Source: Perna viridis (lineage: Eukaryota). From it: a stretch of DNA of 64,000 nucleotides. A program made the translations under genes and the position numbers. The stretch lies in contig CM074519.1 in the NCBI GenBank assembly GCA_037379345.1, positions 41,708,851 through 41,772,850 on the forward strand, in the 5' to 3' direction. Below, piece by piece: positions 60,237-64,000 of this stretch. The notes beneath the pieces were generated by a model. That model ran no database searches. It was not told the DNA's origin and was given only the letters and a program-made list of their open reading frames with translations. The number at the start of each line of letters is the position of its first letter. Position 1 is the stretch's first letter.

Positions 60237-63200
60237 TCAGCAGTCTTTCTCTGGTTTTAGAATGTAGATATTGTTCTTACTGCCAACGGCCATGTAAGGT
60301 CGAAGGCCACTTCTGTCATTATCTATACAGTACACTCCTTGGGGCAAATCAGACAGAAGTCCCTTGGTCTATAAACAAAAAATGTCTCAATGTAACATTT
60401 TCACAAAGACAATTAACTTCACATGTTTATATTTGAATCATGCTTCAGATGAAATCATTATAATTTCCCATAATTGACATGTGAAATTAATGAACAAGTA
60501 ATGGTAAATTCTATAATGAAGGGTTCCTTTATGATATTATTATTTTAGACTACGGATGAAGAGCTATTTGTACACAAATAACGGCTGTTAATGATGTACC
60601 ATCAAGTTGTTATTTGTGAAATCTCATGCAAACAAAATATGAGAGAAACAATTACTTCAAAATTACTTTGGGTTAAAAGTTCAAATTATCACTTCCAAAT
60701 TTAATCATTTTTGATAGAATGATTTTGAGCAATCATGTGTCAGACTCTGAATATAAGTAGGATGTTGCTGGGGCTCCAATACCTTTAAAACAATTCATAT
60801 AACTTACACTAATTGTAATCCAGTTAACAACCTTGGCCAGGTTACCATCAGATCCTCCACAAAGTATACTTTCATTTCCTAACCACTGGCAACAGTATAG
60901 CTAAAACAAAAACATTACGCATTTTTAAAGTATTATTGTTGAATGATTGGGAATAATTTTTTTCCCTAACATTAAATTTTTTCCTGAAAAACTTGATTGG
61001 TTAAAATTTTTTGCAATGTCAACAGATTCTTTGGAAACTCATTCTTGAGTTATTTAATATACACTTATTCGCCTGTCCAAGACTTTAATTTTTGGCATAG
61101 CTGGCTTATAAACATAATAAAACAAAAAACTTACAAAAAACATTTTTCATTCAGTTATCTCCCCTTTTCAATGTAAATTTCCATTTTTTGAAAGAACAGT
61201 TTTTAAATGCCTGCCACTGTGTTTGTATGAGGCAAATTGATATAATTTTTAATAAAAACATTTTCTATTACAATTTGTTTAAGGCTAAAATTTATTTTGA
61301 CTGGACTTTATATAAATTATTTCATATTAACAGTTTTGTAAGTTGAAATGAAATACAACAATTTATGGAAAAATAGAAATCTTATTTCTACACTGTAATT
61401 TGTAAAATTTAGAAAGCAGGTCTCTAGAAAAAAAGGAAAAATTCTTTGAAAAGAGCTACAGAGGCTAGAGAGTACTTAGAGAAGCAATGAGACAAGTCCC
61501 ATAATTGTTGTAGAAGTCTCTATCAATAACAGGCTGAACATGATAAATGAATACAAAAATTAAAGTCTGTTTTTGTCTGCAAAAACATATGTTCTCCCCC
61601 CAACATTCTGCAAACTGCTCTGAGTAGAAATGAAAGCTATGCAGGTAAAAAAAATGGTTTCCCATATTTCTAATTATTTCTATCGGTAAGTTATATCATA
61701 ATATTGTTCTTGGATATTGCAAATACCTCTGAACAATTTTTTTTACCTGAAAATTTTTGTTAATGGAGTTGTGCTGATAAGGTAATTCATGAGGATTTTT
61801 GGCAAATTTCTAAGTTCAAAAATTAGGAGATCAAAATTTCCTGGTAATATGCACAACTACATATGTGTCCTTGCTACATACCAAGTATCTTAAAATTTGG
61901 TTTGGTAGTTTGAGAGAAGTTGAACTGACAAACTTTGTGAAGGACAGACCAACAGACGGACAAGTCAAAAACAATATGTCTCTCCACCAAAAATTAACTG
62001 AAAAAAACAGTTGAAGACCACATAGTCATTCAGATGTTTGAGATAAAAAACATATACTGTTCGAATCAATTTTTGTGGTTAGAGTGAACTAGAGGCTCTA
62101 AAGAGCCTGAATCTATCTTTTTGCAAATGGAAATATGAGGCACCAATGCTAGTTGAATGGGAAACATAAGTGGAAAACTCAAGTGAATGGAAAGCTACTT
62201 TTGCAACAACATCAATGGAAAGAAGAGAAAAGCTGAGAAAACCATACTTCACTCTAAGGATTTATTTTTGGCTACCAAAGACATCACATATCTCTGATAG
62301 CCCCAGGAATTTATGAGGCTATTAAACAACTAACTTTCATTTTTATAATAAAGCAACTAACAGTGACATAATGTCAACAGCTTAATATTGCTTCTTCCAA
62401 TTATCAATTGAATGATATGGAGATGATACTATCTGATTAAACATTCATCCATGGAAATTTTTTTCATTGGAAACTGAATTTTGTTGTTCATTACTAACCA
62501 CAAAAACTATGAAAATTAGTAATGAGCAAAGAAAAATTAATCAACAGTCAATTATATATGAAATAAGCAACTAAGCAAGATTTATCAGTCTGGATTTGGT
62601 TGACCCAAGATGGAGATGAATGTATAGTTTCTCCAAAATCCAGATAAAAAAATACATGTAGCTTTAATTTCATAAATATGGTGTATGAAGATCAAAAAAC
62701 ATATTTTGTTTGGTATTTTTTTCTGCACCTTGTATCACCTTAACCATTAGCAGTGGATGAATTTTTTAAGGATTTGTACTTAATTCAATATTATTACCTG
62801 GCATCTCTGTGAGCTCTCTGGAGGTATGTCTTTCAACTTCTTTCCAGTGTCAAAATCCCAAACCTATAATATCAGGATAAACACAAATTAAAAGAATTAC
62901 AAAACATCAACATTCCTGGCTATTTAGTTCTTACAATGAAGGAAGTAGTCATGTTACATCAGGAATTAATAGAACTAAACAGCCTTAATATTCCTTGACA
63001 TTTAGTTTTTACAATGAAGGGAGAAGTCCTGTACAATCATGAATTAATAGAACTACACAACCTTAACATTCCTGGTCGTTTCGTTTTTACAGTATGGGGA
63101 GAAGTCATGTACAATCATGAATTAATAGAATTACACAACCTTAACATTCCTGATCAATATGAAGAATTGTTTATAGGAGAAATCTGTTTATAAGTTATAT

Positions 63201-63518
63201 GAAAACTGTAATACATTGTACTTGAAATTTGTTTCCATTGCTGTGAAGAGTTCAATTTTAGTCAAGTTTGAAATGATATTATTCCTGAAATGCTTTTTTC
63301 CAATAGATAAATTTTCTGATATAAGTCCATGACCAAACTTCACAAAAATAATACCCATGAATATCATGACCTCCAGAGCATTATATCTAGATCAGAAACC
63401 TAAGTTATACATCACCTCTAGAGGATTTTTCCTTCTCCATGACCCAGTAAGCAACATCCTCTTGTTGACTGGATCAATTTCTAAAGCATCTCCACAAATA
63501 TGGGGGCCACTAATTGAC
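60237..63518 (-). CDS. WD40-repeat protein, last four coding exons (5' part beyond right edge)
   Basis: Exons 63518-63416 (SISGPHICGDALEIDPVNKRMLLTGSWRRKNPLE), 62863-62798 (VWDFDTGKKLKDIPPESSQRCQ), 60900-60808 (LYCCQWLGNESILCGGSDGNLAKVVNWITIS) and 60368-60237 (TKGLLSDLPQGVYCIDNDRSGLRPYMAVGSKNNIYILKPEKDC*). GT-AG, in phase; LLTGS...VWD is a WD40 signature. Confidence 0.85.
62895..63152. repeat. About 78-bp tandem repeat in a WD40 gene intron
   Basis: aacattcctg...tttacaatgaaggga...gaattaatagaacta, about 3 units. Confidence 0.8.
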
Positions 63519-63794
63519 CTTCAAATTGAATCAGTTGAAGATAATTTACTAAAGTTTTAAAAGTATTAATCAATGATAGTGTTAGAAAATTTAAAGCATT
63601 TTAACAACTCTGTATATTTCAACAAACTGGTTGAGTATTAAACATCAAAGCCCTTTTTTTTACATTATTTGGTACAATGATAATAGTGAAGTTGTATCAG
63701 ACCTGTTTATGATACTCTCTGACAATCCATCTTTTTTTTTTACCATATTTTACAAAAATGATTAGTAGAATTATAGATTTTGTGATTTTCAACA

Positions 63795-64000
63795 AAAGCA
63801 GAGGACACTTACCCTACCGGTGCACCTGGTCCATGCTCCCAGTTTTTAGTGGATTCCGAGTTGCTCATTTACTTTTGTTACTTTGTATGTATGATTTTCA
63901 TTACTTTATGTTCTTTGTTGTGTATGTCTGTTTTCCATGTCTGGTCTTTGTCTCTGGATTACATTCTTTTGATTGCCGCTATGACCTTGGTTCCCTTGAT
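63795..64000 (+). mobile_element. Penelope-like element 3' UTR fragment (same family as 10497-10750)
   Basis: gcagaggacacttaccctaccggtgcacctggtccatgctcc...ggttcccttgat is the reverse complement of about 10515-10720. Confidence 0.75.

Overview
AT-rich, intron-rich eukaryotic genomic DNA, most likely from a bivalve mollusc judging by its repeat families (inference). It holds three protein-coding genes whose exons I rebuilt by hand from GT-AG sites and frame continuity. (1) TRMT44, the tRNA U44 2'-O-methyltransferase, on the minus strand: exons 1-9 at 12669 to 1190, with the 3' end beyond the left edge. (2) A complete 35-exon type III classical cadherin (DN-cadherin/CadN-like) on the plus strand, 17651-55900, CDS 8700 nt or about 2899 aa. 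(3) The last four exons of a convergent WD40-repeat gene on the minus strand, 63518-60237. The introns carry Penelope-like retroelement relics, HINE/Helentron-type repeats, TA-TSD and 5-bp-TSD MITEs, a structured SINE-like insertion with a 12-bp TSD and many minisatellites. The most notable feature is a 54-bp in-frame tandem array of about 20 units built from the TRMT44 SAM-binding motif-I exon end plus its splice donor, giving 13 in-frame candidate donors. Similar donor-anchored tandem arrays follow three cadherin exons. An 886-bp, almost fully palindromic TAG...CTA element with a 9-bp TSD (AcademH-like foldback) sits nested in a Penelope-like fragment in TRMT44 intron 1.
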